Shown here one piece after another: positions 7,254 to 15,372 of a stretch of 16,012 bases of DNA. The DNA lies in the IMG/VR virus record IMGVR_UViG_2684623189_000001. One strand, written 5' to 3'. The position numbers and the translations under genes are program-made. A model generated the notes under the pieces. The model worked only from the letters and a program-made list of their open reading frames with translations, did no database searches and was not told where the DNA came from. Source of the DNA: a virus. Taxonomy: Monodnaviria > Loebvirae > Hofneiviricota > Faserviricetes > Tubulavirales > Inoviridae. Within the stretch, counting starts at the first letter, position 1, and every line of letters begins with the position of its first letter.

Positions 7254-8497
7254 TGAAAAAGATTTTACTCGCATTAACGCTACTATTTTCTTCATGTGCT
7301 TTCGCAGGGTCAGAGCTTGAATTAAATAAAGTCAAGCTACCGGAGGCTATTTCTCTTATTTACAGTGAGGTGCTTAAAGTCCCGTATATGCTAGATCCAC
7401 AGCTTGTTAATGATGAACGAATGATTACATTCAGGTTAACACCTGATATTGATGAACGGGAATTTGTAACCCGTTATCTTGGCAATATGAACATTCGAAT
7501 ATGGACGAAAAAGGGTGTTGATTTTATCGCGCCCTATACGCCGAAAGAGCCGGTTAAGCCACGTTATACATGGACTTATACGCCTCAGTACCGTTCTGTT
7601 GCCTACCTGTCTGATATTCTTGGCGGCTACGTTTCAGGCTCCTTCAATAACAGTGGAGCCGTGATTTCTGACGATTCGCTAAAAGGTTCATCAGGGGCAA
7701 GCAACTACATCAATCGAACCGGTGATATTCTGGTTTATTATGGTACGAAAGAGGATATCGCCATCCTGAAAACACTGGTCACTTCGCTGGATACGATGAG
7801 TGATGAAGTGGTTGTTTCTGGTTATGTTTTTGAGGTTCAGACCTCGCAGTCTGACGGCTCCGGCATTCTTTTAGCGGCTAAAATTCTGTCTGATAAATTC
7901 AATATTTCAGTTGGTGCTGCCGGACTGGATAATTTTATCAATATTCGAACCGGCTCCATTGATGCCATTTTCAATCTGCTGAAAACCGACAGTCGTTTTA
8001 CTGTTGTCAGTGCGCCACGACTGCGGGTAAAAAATAATGCCTCAGCGTCTTTTTCAGTCGGCTCTGATGTGCCAGTACTGGGCAGTGTTACGGTGAATAA
8101 CAATACGACAACGCAATCCGTTGAATATCGTTCCAGCGGTGTTTTGTTTAACGTGACGCCATCAATCAAAAGTCGGACAATGGATCTCAAGATTCAGCAG
8201 CAGCTTTCCAACTTTGTGACCACTGAAACCGGCGTCAATAACTCGCCAACCCTTATCAAGCGTGATGTAACAACCGAAGTCAGCCTTGCAGATGGTGATA
8301 TTATTTTACTTGGTGGCCTTGCTGAACAGAAAGACAGTAAGGCCAGTTCCGGCTGGAGCTTCTTCGGTTCCCGTACCAGTGAAAGCAACAAGACTGATAT
8401 TATGGTGATGCTTCAGGTCAGAAAGGTTGACCGGAGCAGGGCGACGCCCCGCAGCGCCGCGAGGAGCGGTGAACTGTTCCGGGACAACCTGAACTGA
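7253..8497 (+). CDS. pIV-type secretin (phage export channel)
   Basis: 414 aa. Signal peptide MKKILLALTLLFSSCAFA. C-terminal secretin-like region (VVSAPRLRV…VPVLGSV…DGDIILLGGLAE). Start overlaps the Zot/pI stop (TAATG). Confidence 0.8.
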   Translation: MKKILLALTLLFSSCAFAGSELELNKVKLPEAISLIYSEVLKVPYMLDPQLVNDERMITFRLTPDIDEREFVTRYLGNMNIRIWTKKGVDFIAPYTPKEPVKPRYTWTYTPQYRSVAYLSDILGGYVSGSFNNSGAVISDDSLKGSSGASNYINRTGDILVYYGTKEDIAILKTLVTSLDTMSDEVVVSGYVFEVQTSQSDGSGILLAAKILSDKFNISVGAAGLDNFINIRTGSIDAIFNLLKTDSRFTVVSAPRLRVKNNASASFSVGSDVPVLGSVTVNNNTTTQSVEYRSSGVLFNVTPSIKSRTMDLKIQQQLSNFVTTETGVNNSPTLIKRDVTTEVSLADGDIILLGGLAEQKDSKASSGWSFFGSRTSESNKTDIMVMLQVRKVDRSRATPRSAARSGELFRDNLN

Positions 8498-8585
8498 TTG
8501 TATGGATTTTTATTATGGCGTTAACTTTTATGGGGTATGAACAGTACGACATCTTCTAGGTATTCAGTTACTTAGAGGATTTATT

Positions 8586-8834
8586 ATGTCTGTAAAAAAT
8601 AAGGCGCGTGACCGACTTCCCGGTGGCCGCCTTAAGTCTTATCGTCGTGTAGGTTCACATTTTGCCAGTTGTGCCAGATGGTTTGATAAATCGCCGTCCT
8701 GGTATCGCAATATGATGATGACCAGGCCTGAGCGTCGTGAAGTCAGAAGGCTTCTCAATCAGGTAATGCGTGGTCATGATGCTGACGGCATTGCTTTTCC
8801 GGTCAGTCATCGTCCGTTTGTTTATTGGTGGTGA
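8586..8834 (+). CDS. Hypothetical small basic protein
   Basis: 82 aa, Arg/Trp-rich. GAGG ribosome-binding site 8 nt upstream. In the accessory region between secretin and att site. No family recognised. Confidence 0.45.
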   Translation: MSVKNKARDRLPGGRLKSYRRVGSHFASCARWFDKSPSWYRNMMMTRPERREVRRLLNQVMRGHDADGIAFPVSHRPFVYWW

Positions 8835-9018
8835 ATTTCGTACGCACGAAATTTCACGCATAAACACCAGACAAAAAATCGTTAACTGTCTGTTTTGAAA
8901 GATAACGCCGGTCAGTGACAAAACTTGTTTTGTTGCTGTCCGGGGTTGGCCAAGCCGTACAGTTTCCATTTTCAGCGTTATGGCTGATTCGGCGCGGCAG
9001 CATTCATCGGGGCTTATC

Positions 9019-9228
9019 ATGGAAAAATTCATGACACATCAGGAGCTGAAAGTGATGCTTCTTAAAGATCCAGCATTCCGGGCTGCTTATGAAGCTGAGA
9101 GCCAGAACCCGCAATCCGGTTACCAGATTATCCGGCATCATGGTGATGGCACTGAAGAAGTGGTGTTTGATTCTCGTGTATCAGGTACAGATTTACCAAC
9201 TAACTGGATGAACAGGCCTGATTGGTGA
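9019..9228 (+). CDS. Hypothetical small protein (ORF track places the start at 8980; 9019 preferred)
   Basis: About 69 aa from the ATG at 9019, which has a GGGG ribosome-binding site. N-terminal motif ELKVMLLKDPAFRAAYEA. Last gene before the att site. Confidence 0.4.
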   Translation: MEKFMTHQELKVMLLKDPAFRAAYEAESQNPQSGYQIIRHHGDGTEEVVFDSRVSGTDLPTNWMNRPDW

Positions 9229-9368
9229 GGTCAGGCCGTTCACTTACTGCTGACAGACATTTGATTCTGATTCGTTTGGAGAAACGGATGATTTTGAATC
9301 ACTGTCGATAGTAGCCAGTTGACGGCCAGTGTCAACGATTCCCGCCAGATTCTGCCATCCTTACCATT

Positions 9369-9401
9369 GGTGCGCATAATGTACGACTCGTTATGTTGAA
9401 A
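9369..9401 (+). other. dif-like XerC/XerD site at the copy1/copy2 junction (attP-type)
   Basis: Identical to 224-256 but flanked on the left by prophage sequence rather than chromosomal flank. Confidence 0.6.
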
Positions 9402-9402
9402 A

Positions 9403-9434
9403 GGCCGCTGCGAAAATCGTATCCCGCAGCGGCC
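9403..9434. terminator. GC-rich hairpin terminator (copy 2)
   Basis: Identical to 258-289. In the array it also lies downstream of the plus-strand secretin and small-ORF genes of copy 1. Confidence 0.55.
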
Positions 9435-9465
9435 TCTTTAGCATAACGTCATTGTGCGAACCAAT

Positions 9466-9945
9466 TTATATAGAAATGAAAAACTCCTCTTCATTCCTTT
9501 TTTTATAATTATCATCCCATATAAGTTTTATTCGGTATTTAGTTTTACTTCCAAAGCTTAGTCCCGCTAAAATTTCAATCCCATGTTGCGGGTGTAATAC
9601 TTCATATGGAAATTTATCTTCTACATCATGCATGAAAAGATATTCATTGCCATCGTTATCAGGGAAATGAATTTCTATATTTTTAGCCTCAACTTTCCCT
9701 CTATTAAATATCTTGAGTCTATAGTTGTTTTTGGCTATTTTTACGAGGCGGGCACCAAGCTCAGCCTTCATCTCATTAATTGCTGACTTTGTTTCTTTTT
9801 CTAGAAGCAACTTACGTAACCTGTCTTGCTCATCCTTTATAACCTTTTGTTCTCTATCACTTTTTCTCGACTTCACTTCTGATGATATGATAGTGTAAAT
9901 CGATACTACAAGCGCAGCTAAAGCGATGGCATCACTCGTTGTCAT
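9466..9945 (-). CDS. Hypothetical single-pass membrane protein, cargo gene (copy 2)
   Basis: Identical translation to 321-800 at offset +9145. Confidence 0.65.
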   Translation of the reverse strand: MTTSDAIALAALVVSIYTIISSEVKSRKSDREQKVIKDEQDRLRKLLLEKETKSAINEMKAELGARLVKIAKNNYRLKIFNRGKVEAKNIEIHFPDNDGNEYLFMHDVEDKFPYEVLHPQHGIEILAGLSFGSKTKYRIKLIWDDNYKKRNEEEFFISI

Positions 9946-10220
9946 TATTTAATCCTTATATTTTTACTTCCTTTAAATGCCTTTTTGAGCATATCATTAA
10001 ACTGTTTTTGAATATCTTTTGTTAACTCTTCTTTTATCTCATCCACATGGGCGTCAATACTCACCCCGTTTTCTTGGATTAAATCATCATTAGTGAATTC
10101 TTTCCCGCAGCCTACACATCTGACGACTTCAGACTCTTCCTCGTGTTCCATCTCTGTATTTCCGCACACAGGACATAGCAGGGTGATATTTCTATTGTAT
10201 TTCTCAGGATTTAGTTTCAT
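9945..10220 (-). CDS. Hypothetical zinc-ribbon protein, cargo gene (copy 2)
   Basis: Identical translation to 800-1075. Confidence 0.65.
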   Translation of the reverse strand: MKLNPEKYNRNITLLCPVCGNTEMEHEEESEVVRCVGCGKEFTNDDLIQENGVSIDAHVDEIKEELTKDIQKQFNDMLKKAFKGSKNIRIK

Positions 10221-10248
10221 ATATTTCCTCTCTTCTACGTTTTATTGA

Positions 10249-10671
10249 TTACCAGTAATATGAATTTCTTCTGTGCCACCAATAAAGCAGCCCGTATCCG
10301 ATGATAAGAATTCCGAAAAACATCAACGACATTCCCCAGCCAGTTCCATACCACGAAACCATATCATCGAAAACCAATCCACCCGTTTCACGTACTCCGG
10401 CAGCTTCCTTAAGGATTGGTTTGAATACCGGAATCAGAAGGGCAATCGCCAGTGGAGCACCCCAGCGAACAAGACCTGTTTCCATTTTGATCCCGAAAAA
10501 GATCCCCGCCCCGACAACAAGCAGCCAGACTATCAGGCCAGGCGCAGTTTCCAGTGCTGTTTGCCATTCAACATCGAAAGTTTTCATTAGCCAGGCAACA
10601 ACTGCCAGGCAGAAAGCAAATACGCCGACGACAACCAGTTCAACGCCGCTTGTTTCGTTGTTTCTACTCAT
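10249..10671 (-). CDS. Hypothetical 4-TM membrane protein (copy 2)
   Basis: Identical translation to 1104-1526. Confidence 0.65.
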   Translation of the reverse strand: MSRNNETSGVELVVVGVFAFCLAVVAWLMKTFDVEWQTALETAPGLIVWLLVVGAGIFFGIKMETGLVRWGAPLAIALLIPVFKPILKEAAGVRETGGLVFDDMVSWYGTGWGMSLMFFGILIIGYGLLYWWHRRNSYYW

Positions 10672-10715
10672 CCTTTTGATCCTTTTTCACTGTTCAAAAT
10701 TCGCACAATAAAGAA

Positions 10716-10740
10716 CGTGCAGTGTTGGTAATACTGCACG
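10716..10740. terminator. Hairpin between repressor and cargo genes (copy 2)
   Basis: Identical to 1571-1595. Confidence 0.45.
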
Positions 10741-10770
10741 TTTGTCTCATTCCTGAGACTGTTAATCCTT

Positions 10771-11217
10771 TTACTCTTCTCCAGACACCGCTTTTTTCAT
10801 AAACATTTTAGTACTGTAAGTGTATGAACTTAAGGCAGAAACCTGCCTTGCGAGTGCCAGAATATCTTGTTTTTCCAGTGTCCTGATGTTCCACACGATG
10901 AAATTATGTGCGTTAGTGGTTTCTTCATCAGTATATCCATCCGCAGAAGTGATTAGCTTCCGCTCGGTAGCTTCTTCTTTAACATCAAGAGCATAGCCAT
11001 AAGCTAAGGTGTTTAAGTCTGCACCCGTAATTTTAGCTATCTGAATGATGTCACTGAATTTAGGTTCAGTTTTGCCGGACGCTATCCTGACCAGCGTACT
11101 CACGCTAATGCCAGTCTTCTCGGCCAGTTCTTCATAAGTCGAGTGTTCCAGAATTACCTTTTTGATACGTTCTGCTCTCTGTTTGTCCGCCATAACTTCA
11201 TGCTCATTGTTGCCCAT
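10771..11217 (-). CDS. XRE-type HTH repressor (copy 2)
   Basis: Identical translation to 1626-2072. Confidence 0.75.
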   Translation of the reverse strand: MGNNEHEVMADKQRAERIKKVILEHSTYEELAEKTGISVSTLVRIASGKTEPKFSDIIQIAKITGADLNTLAYGYALDVKEEATERKLITSADGYTDEETTNAHNFIVWNIRTLEKQDILALARQVSALSSYTYSTKMFMKKAVSGEE

Positions 11218-11388
11218 CTACTTGGCTCCATCTTAACAGTGGTTTTTCAATAGTTAGATTTGATGCTCATTTCTGACAATTTAAACATTGCAAATGTATT
11301 GACTGTCAGAACTGAGCATATTACATTGTGACCATTCAATCTGCTCACAAATGACTATTGACACATATTTTGATGGGTGTGACTACTT
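11218..11388. promoter_or_regulatory. Divergent promoter/operator region (copy 2)
   Basis: Identical to 2073-2243. Confidence 0.5.
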
Positions 11389-12441
11389 ATGATCGACTGG
11401 TTTACCGGAATCCTGCCTTGCACACACCGACCGTTACCGGCTGGTAGTGTCGTCAGCGTCGATGCTGACGGTGCAGTGGAGTGGGAAACAGTAAAACGGT
11501 TGACCGTTCGCGGTTCGCATGAGTCCACAATGAAAGTAAGGTCTGTTGGATCTGATGGTGAAGGTCGGGCAACACATCTCTACATTGACGGTAATCCATC
11601 AAAGTTTTTGCAAGGTCACTCTGTTATCGGTTCCGACGATTTGCAAGGGTTGGTGTTAACAGCTTACGCCAGAATATTGGCATTACTGCATATTCCTCAT
11701 GATCTACCATCCTATCGGCAGGTCATGGAAGGGCAATTTAAGATCTCGCGCATCGATATCAATTACATGTATTCATTGTCAACATTAGAAAATGTCCGCG
11801 CATGGTTATATGCCGCAGAATTTAAAGCTAAAACTCGCCACGGTCGCGCCTGTGGTAAAGGTGGCACTGTTTACTTAGGGAAAAACTCCCGTCGTTGGAG
11901 CCTGAAATTTTATTCAAAATATGATGAGCATACATCTGGCAAAAAAGGGCACCAGATGGCAGACGAATTCGTTAAAGCTGGTTTACTGGACTGGTCAAAA
12001 GATAAATTACGCATTGAATTAACATTAAGAACAACTGAATTAATTGATTTGAATCTTACGCTTGGTAATAGCTGGAATATTGAGACGCCCAATAAATTAT
12101 TCTCTGACTATGTAGGGAGAATAGAAATGAATCAAAATACTATATTAACTGATGAAAAAATAATTAATCTCCCAAGAAAAATACAGTCTACATATTTATT
12201 GTGGAAGCAGGGCGCGAACATGAAAGAGATGTTACCGAAACCTACATTCTACCGACACCGTAAAGAATTACTTTCTTTCGGAATAGATATTAACTTTTAT
12301 TGTGAGTCACCGGATTCTAATAACGTTGTTCCGTTGGTTCGTACTCTTGAAGCCAAACCAGCCAAAATTCCATCATGGGTTTATGAGAAAGGTTTAATTT
12401 TCGATTATAACCGTATTTCACATGCCAGTAACTGGCATTAA
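11389..12441 (+). CDS. Rolling-circle replication initiation protein (copy 2)
   Basis: Identical translation to 2244-3296. Confidence 0.75.
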   Translation: MIDWFTGILPCTHRPLPAGSVVSVDADGAVEWETVKRLTVRGSHESTMKVRSVGSDGEGRATHLYIDGNPSKFLQGHSVIGSDDLQGLVLTAYARILALLHIPHDLPSYRQVMEGQFKISRIDINYMYSLSTLENVRAWLYAAEFKAKTRHGRACGKGGTVYLGKNSRRWSLKFYSKYDEHTSGKKGHQMADEFVKAGLLDWSKDKLRIELTLRTTELIDLNLTLGNSWNIETPNKLFSDYVGRIEMNQNTILTDEKIINLPRKIQSTYLLWKQGANMKEMLPKPTFYRHRKELLSFGIDINFYCESPDSNNVVPLVRTLEAKPAKIPSWVYEKGLIFDYNRISHASNWH

Positions 12442-12452
12442 AGGAGAGTGAT

Positions 12453-12770
12453 ATGTCTAATTATGGTCTTTTTGTAAAAGGTAAAATGCTTGGTGCTCGC
12501 CAGCGTAATAAGGTCAATGGTCAGGGATACTATAATGAAATTGGTGTTGGCTTAGAGATTCCTGATGGTTTTGGCGGCACTAAGCAAGACCAGATTATTA
12601 TTCGTGTATCTCAGGCTCTTGTTAATGCCGGTGTAATGAATCAGGCAAATAATTTTATCGGTAAGTTAGTCCAGATACCTGTATATGTTCGCGTCTGGTC
12701 AATGGAGGGGAGGGAAGGAGTAACTTATAACATTTCATCAGATGGCGGCATTACTGAAATAAAAGGCTGA
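12453..12770 (+). CDS. Putative ssDNA-binding protein (copy 2)
   Basis: Identical translation to 3308-3625. Confidence 0.5.
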   Translation: MSNYGLFVKGKMLGARQRNKVNGQGYYNEIGVGLEIPDGFGGTKQDQIIIRVSQALVNAGVMNQANNFIGKLVQIPVYVRVWSMEGREGVTYNISSDGGITEIKG

Positions 12771-12772
12771 TT

Positions 12773-13024
12773 ATGGATGCATCAGGTTTCGATATTCAGT
12801 TTGATAATCATATTCCTGAAAATGGTTACCGTATTGAAGGTTATTTATGTAATGCGAACAATGCAAAAGAATGTCAGGCAATAATGGTACGTTCTGAACC
12901 ATTTCATCAAATTGATTATTCTGCAATGGGAAATTACTGGACATTAGGTTTTGGCTCTGTCCTGCTGCTCTGGCTTTTTTCTGTAGGTGTGGGACAGGTA
13001 ATAAAGATGGTTCGTACTGCTTGA
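12773..13024 (+). CDS. Hypothetical small membrane protein (copy 2)
   Basis: Identical translation to 3628-3879. Confidence 0.4.
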   Translation: MDASGFDIQFDNHIPENGYRIEGYLCNANNAKECQAIMVRSEPFHQIDYSAMGNYWTLGFGSVLLLWLFSVGVGQVIKMVRTA

Positions 13025-13058
13025 ATGCGAACCTTTAAAATGTAATGGAGATAGAGTT

Positions 13059-13292
13059 ATGTTTAAAAAAATCGTTAGTTTTCTGGCTGTACCTGCATTA
13101 ATGGCTGTTTCTGGCGCGACTTTCGCTGCAGAAGGAGCGGCATCAAGTGGTGTTGATTTATCGCCGCTGACGAACAGCATTGATTTCAGTACAGTTCTGG
13201 TTGCGATTATGGCCGTTGCTGCTTCACTGGTAACACTTTATGCCGGTGTCGCTGGCGTTCGCTGGGTATTGCGTACCGTTAAATCCGCATAA
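13059..13292 (+). CDS. Major coat protein (copy 2)
   Basis: Identical translation to 3914-4147. Confidence 0.85.
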   Translation: MFKKIVSFLAVPALMAVSGATFAAEGAASSGVDLSPLTNSIDFSTVLVAIMAVAASLVTLYAGVAGVRWVLRTVKSA

Positions 13293-13356
13293 ATTCATTA
13301 TTCATGGGCGATGCAATATCGCCCGTTTTACTTGAGGTTATTATGGAGATTGAATT

Positions 13357-15069
13357 ATGGAAATTGGGTTCCCTTTTATGGGGGATCGTCTCAGCTTATG
13401 TCGTTATTCTTGGGCTAAGAGGCTGACGGTTTATTCCTTTATTTTTTCCTTTCTCTGGGTTTCCTTTCCCCGATATTCATATTCATTTGTACCAGCAATT
13501 GCAGCAGTGGCTGCGCGGGCTGTTATTCCTAAAGTCGTTGGCCGGGTGCTTGTTCGTCGCTTTGCTGCCAATGATGCGATTTATACGGCATCACAGCTTA
13601 CAGCAACCCGTGTTTTTGTTGGCCGCGCTGCGGCTAATGCTGCCGAATACTTGCCTGCTGCCTCATCATACAAAATGAGCGGTGTTGCAACGTGGGCGGG
13701 TATTGCTGCTGCTGTATCATCTTTTGTTCCGTCTTCTTTGAGTTCATCTGACGGCTCGGTAATGGTAATGACTAACGGTAAAAAGATTTCCGATAATTTA
13801 TATGAAGTAACGTACAGTGGTCAAAGTGGTGAAAGTAAGACGATAACCGTTAATTTTGAACCACAGGAATTAAGTCCGGTAATCCTTCATGTTAGTCGTA
13901 ATAATGTGGATGCGGGTTCTCCAGTTGTAGGTGTTGAAACAGGATATTCCACGCCAGATAATGCACTTTATTATTATCAGGATTCGAAAGAGCTAATTTA
14001 TTACTATGGTGATAATCCAACTGAAATTGCCAGAAATTATCTTAATGACTATAACTCGCGTACTTATACTGAAACACTAACGAATTTTGAACGCACTGTG
14101 ACGAATAAAGTTGTCAACAGTAATGGAGATGTATCCTTTACTGAACAGAATTATAAGTTTACTTATCCTTCCTCATTTTATGAAATACCTGAGATTACAC
14201 ACTTGTATAGCAACCCGGCCGCATCTTCATTTCCCGCAGGTATTCCCATGTATGAAAATGTAGCAGGGCTTCCCATGTATTACAGCGTTGCTTATTTAAC
14301 AGCAGGAAAGCAATATCAGTATCACAACACGCCTTGTAAAACGACTAATCAGTCAAATGGTGGATATTCGACGATTTGTGCCGTTCCTGAAAAAGAGGAT
14401 TACACCGCAAAAGATATTGATGAAAAGAGTGAGCTTACTATCTGGACCAATACCAAATATAAAGCCATGACGGAAGTACTGGAGGCTGGAAATATTGAGT
14501 CCATGATTGATTATCTGGAGTATCTTGATAGTGTTAGTGTATCGCCAGCACTTCTTGCCGACATGATTAACGAGCTGTGGTCTGAAGCTGCCGTTAATGC
14601 CGATTATAACGGCTTACCGTTTAAAGAGGTTTCACCGGCTGAAGTAACTTCTGCGATGTCGGAACTTAGGCTATCTCCAACGTTATTAGATATGCTTTCA
14701 CCTGTATCTGACAGTGCAGGGGCTGACGTCAATATTGATATTACCATTAATAACAACTCAGGATCTGACACTGGAAATAATGGCAATATAGATTTGGGAG
14801 AAGATCCCGGTGTAAAAGAGCCTGAGCTTGAAGAAACGCCAACGGCAAGAGATATTTTAACGCCAATTATTAACTTGTTGCCTTTTACAAACGAATTTAA
14901 CATCGGCTCTCGTTCAGCATCCTGCCCCGTTGTTGAATTCAGCGTGTTTAATCACCAGTACAGAATTGACTCCCATTGTCCGTTAATTGAGCAGAACAGA
15001 AGCGCCGTAGAAACCATATTTCTGATTATATGGGGATTTGTTGCGCTCCGTATTATTCTGAGTGCCTAA
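13357..15069 (+). CDS. pIII-like adsorption protein (copy 2)
   Basis: Identical translation to 4212-5924. Confidence 0.65.
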   Translation: MEIGFPFMGDRLSLCRYSWAKRLTVYSFIFSFLWVSFPRYSYSFVPAIAAVAARAVIPKVVGRVLVRRFAANDAIYTASQLTATRVFVGRAAANAAEYLPAASSYKMSGVATWAGIAAAVSSFVPSSLSSSDGSVMVMTNGKKISDNLYEVTYSGQSGESKTITVNFEPQELSPVILHVSRNNVDAGSPVVGVETGYSTPDNALYYYQDSKELIYYYGDNPTEIARNYLNDYNSRTYTETLTNFERTVTNKVVNSNGDVSFTEQNYKFTYPSSFYEIPEITHLYSNPAASSFPAGIPMYENVAGLPMYYSVAYLTAGKQYQYHNTPCKTTNQSNGGYSTICAVPEKEDYTAKDIDEKSELTIWTNTKYKAMTEVLEAGNIESMIDYLEYLDSVSVSPALLADMINELWSEAAVNADYNGLPFKEVSPAEVTSAMSELRLSPTLLDMLSPVSDSAGADVNIDITINNNSGSDTGNNGNIDLGEDPGVKEPELEETPTARDILTPIINLLPFTNEFNIGSRSASCPVVEFSVFNHQYRIDSHCPLIEQNRSAVETIFLIIWGFVALRIILSA

Positions 15070-15081
15070 AGGAGTGCAACT

Positions 15082-15369
15082 ATGTTTGGGATTCTGATTA
15101 GTGCATTAAATACTTTGTTAGGTTTTGTATTCCGGTCATTGATTATTAAATTCGTCGTATTCTTTGCGCTGTATTTTGTAGTCCAGGGCTTCGTTGAAAT
15201 CCTTGTTGAGTTACTGCCAGATTCAAGCAATCTCTCATCGCTGTTTGCCAATTTATCAGACGGATTCTGGTACTTCATTAACCTGAGTAAATTACCACAG
15301 GGGATTAGTATGATTATCTCCGCAATGGCTACTCGTTTTATTATTCGACGTATTCCTGTTATAGGGTGA
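15082..15369 (+). CDS. pVI-like minor coat protein (copy 2)
   Basis: Identical translation to 5937-6224. Confidence 0.6.
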   Translation: MFGILISALNTLLGFVFRSLIIKFVVFFALYFVVQGFVEILVELLPDSSNLSSLFANLSDGFWYFINLSKLPQGISMIISAMATRFIIRRIPVIG

Positions 15370-15372
15370 GTT

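Larger units (their letters stand above)
222..9366 (+). mobile_element. Complete copy of an integrated filamentous (inovirus-like) prophage, unit length 9145 bp
   Basis: Contains the full inovirus module (Rep, major coat with signal peptide, pIII-like, pVI-like, Zot/pI with Walker A/B, pIV secretin) plus a divergent XRE repressor. Bounded by dif-like sites at 224-256 and 9369-9401. Confidence 0.8.

Noticed and set aside
7095-8391. Minus-strand ORFs (66, 117 and 65 aa) antisense to the Zot/pI and secretin genes
   Set aside because: All are antisense shadows within well-supported plus-strand genes.
8655-9032. 125-aa minus-strand ORF spanning the two small plus-strand ORFs and their intergenic region
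   Set aside because: It runs across a palindrome-containing intergenic region and has no convincing ribosome-binding site. The plus-strand ORFs have better start contexts and match the direction of the structural operon. Not fully excluded; flagged in the findings.
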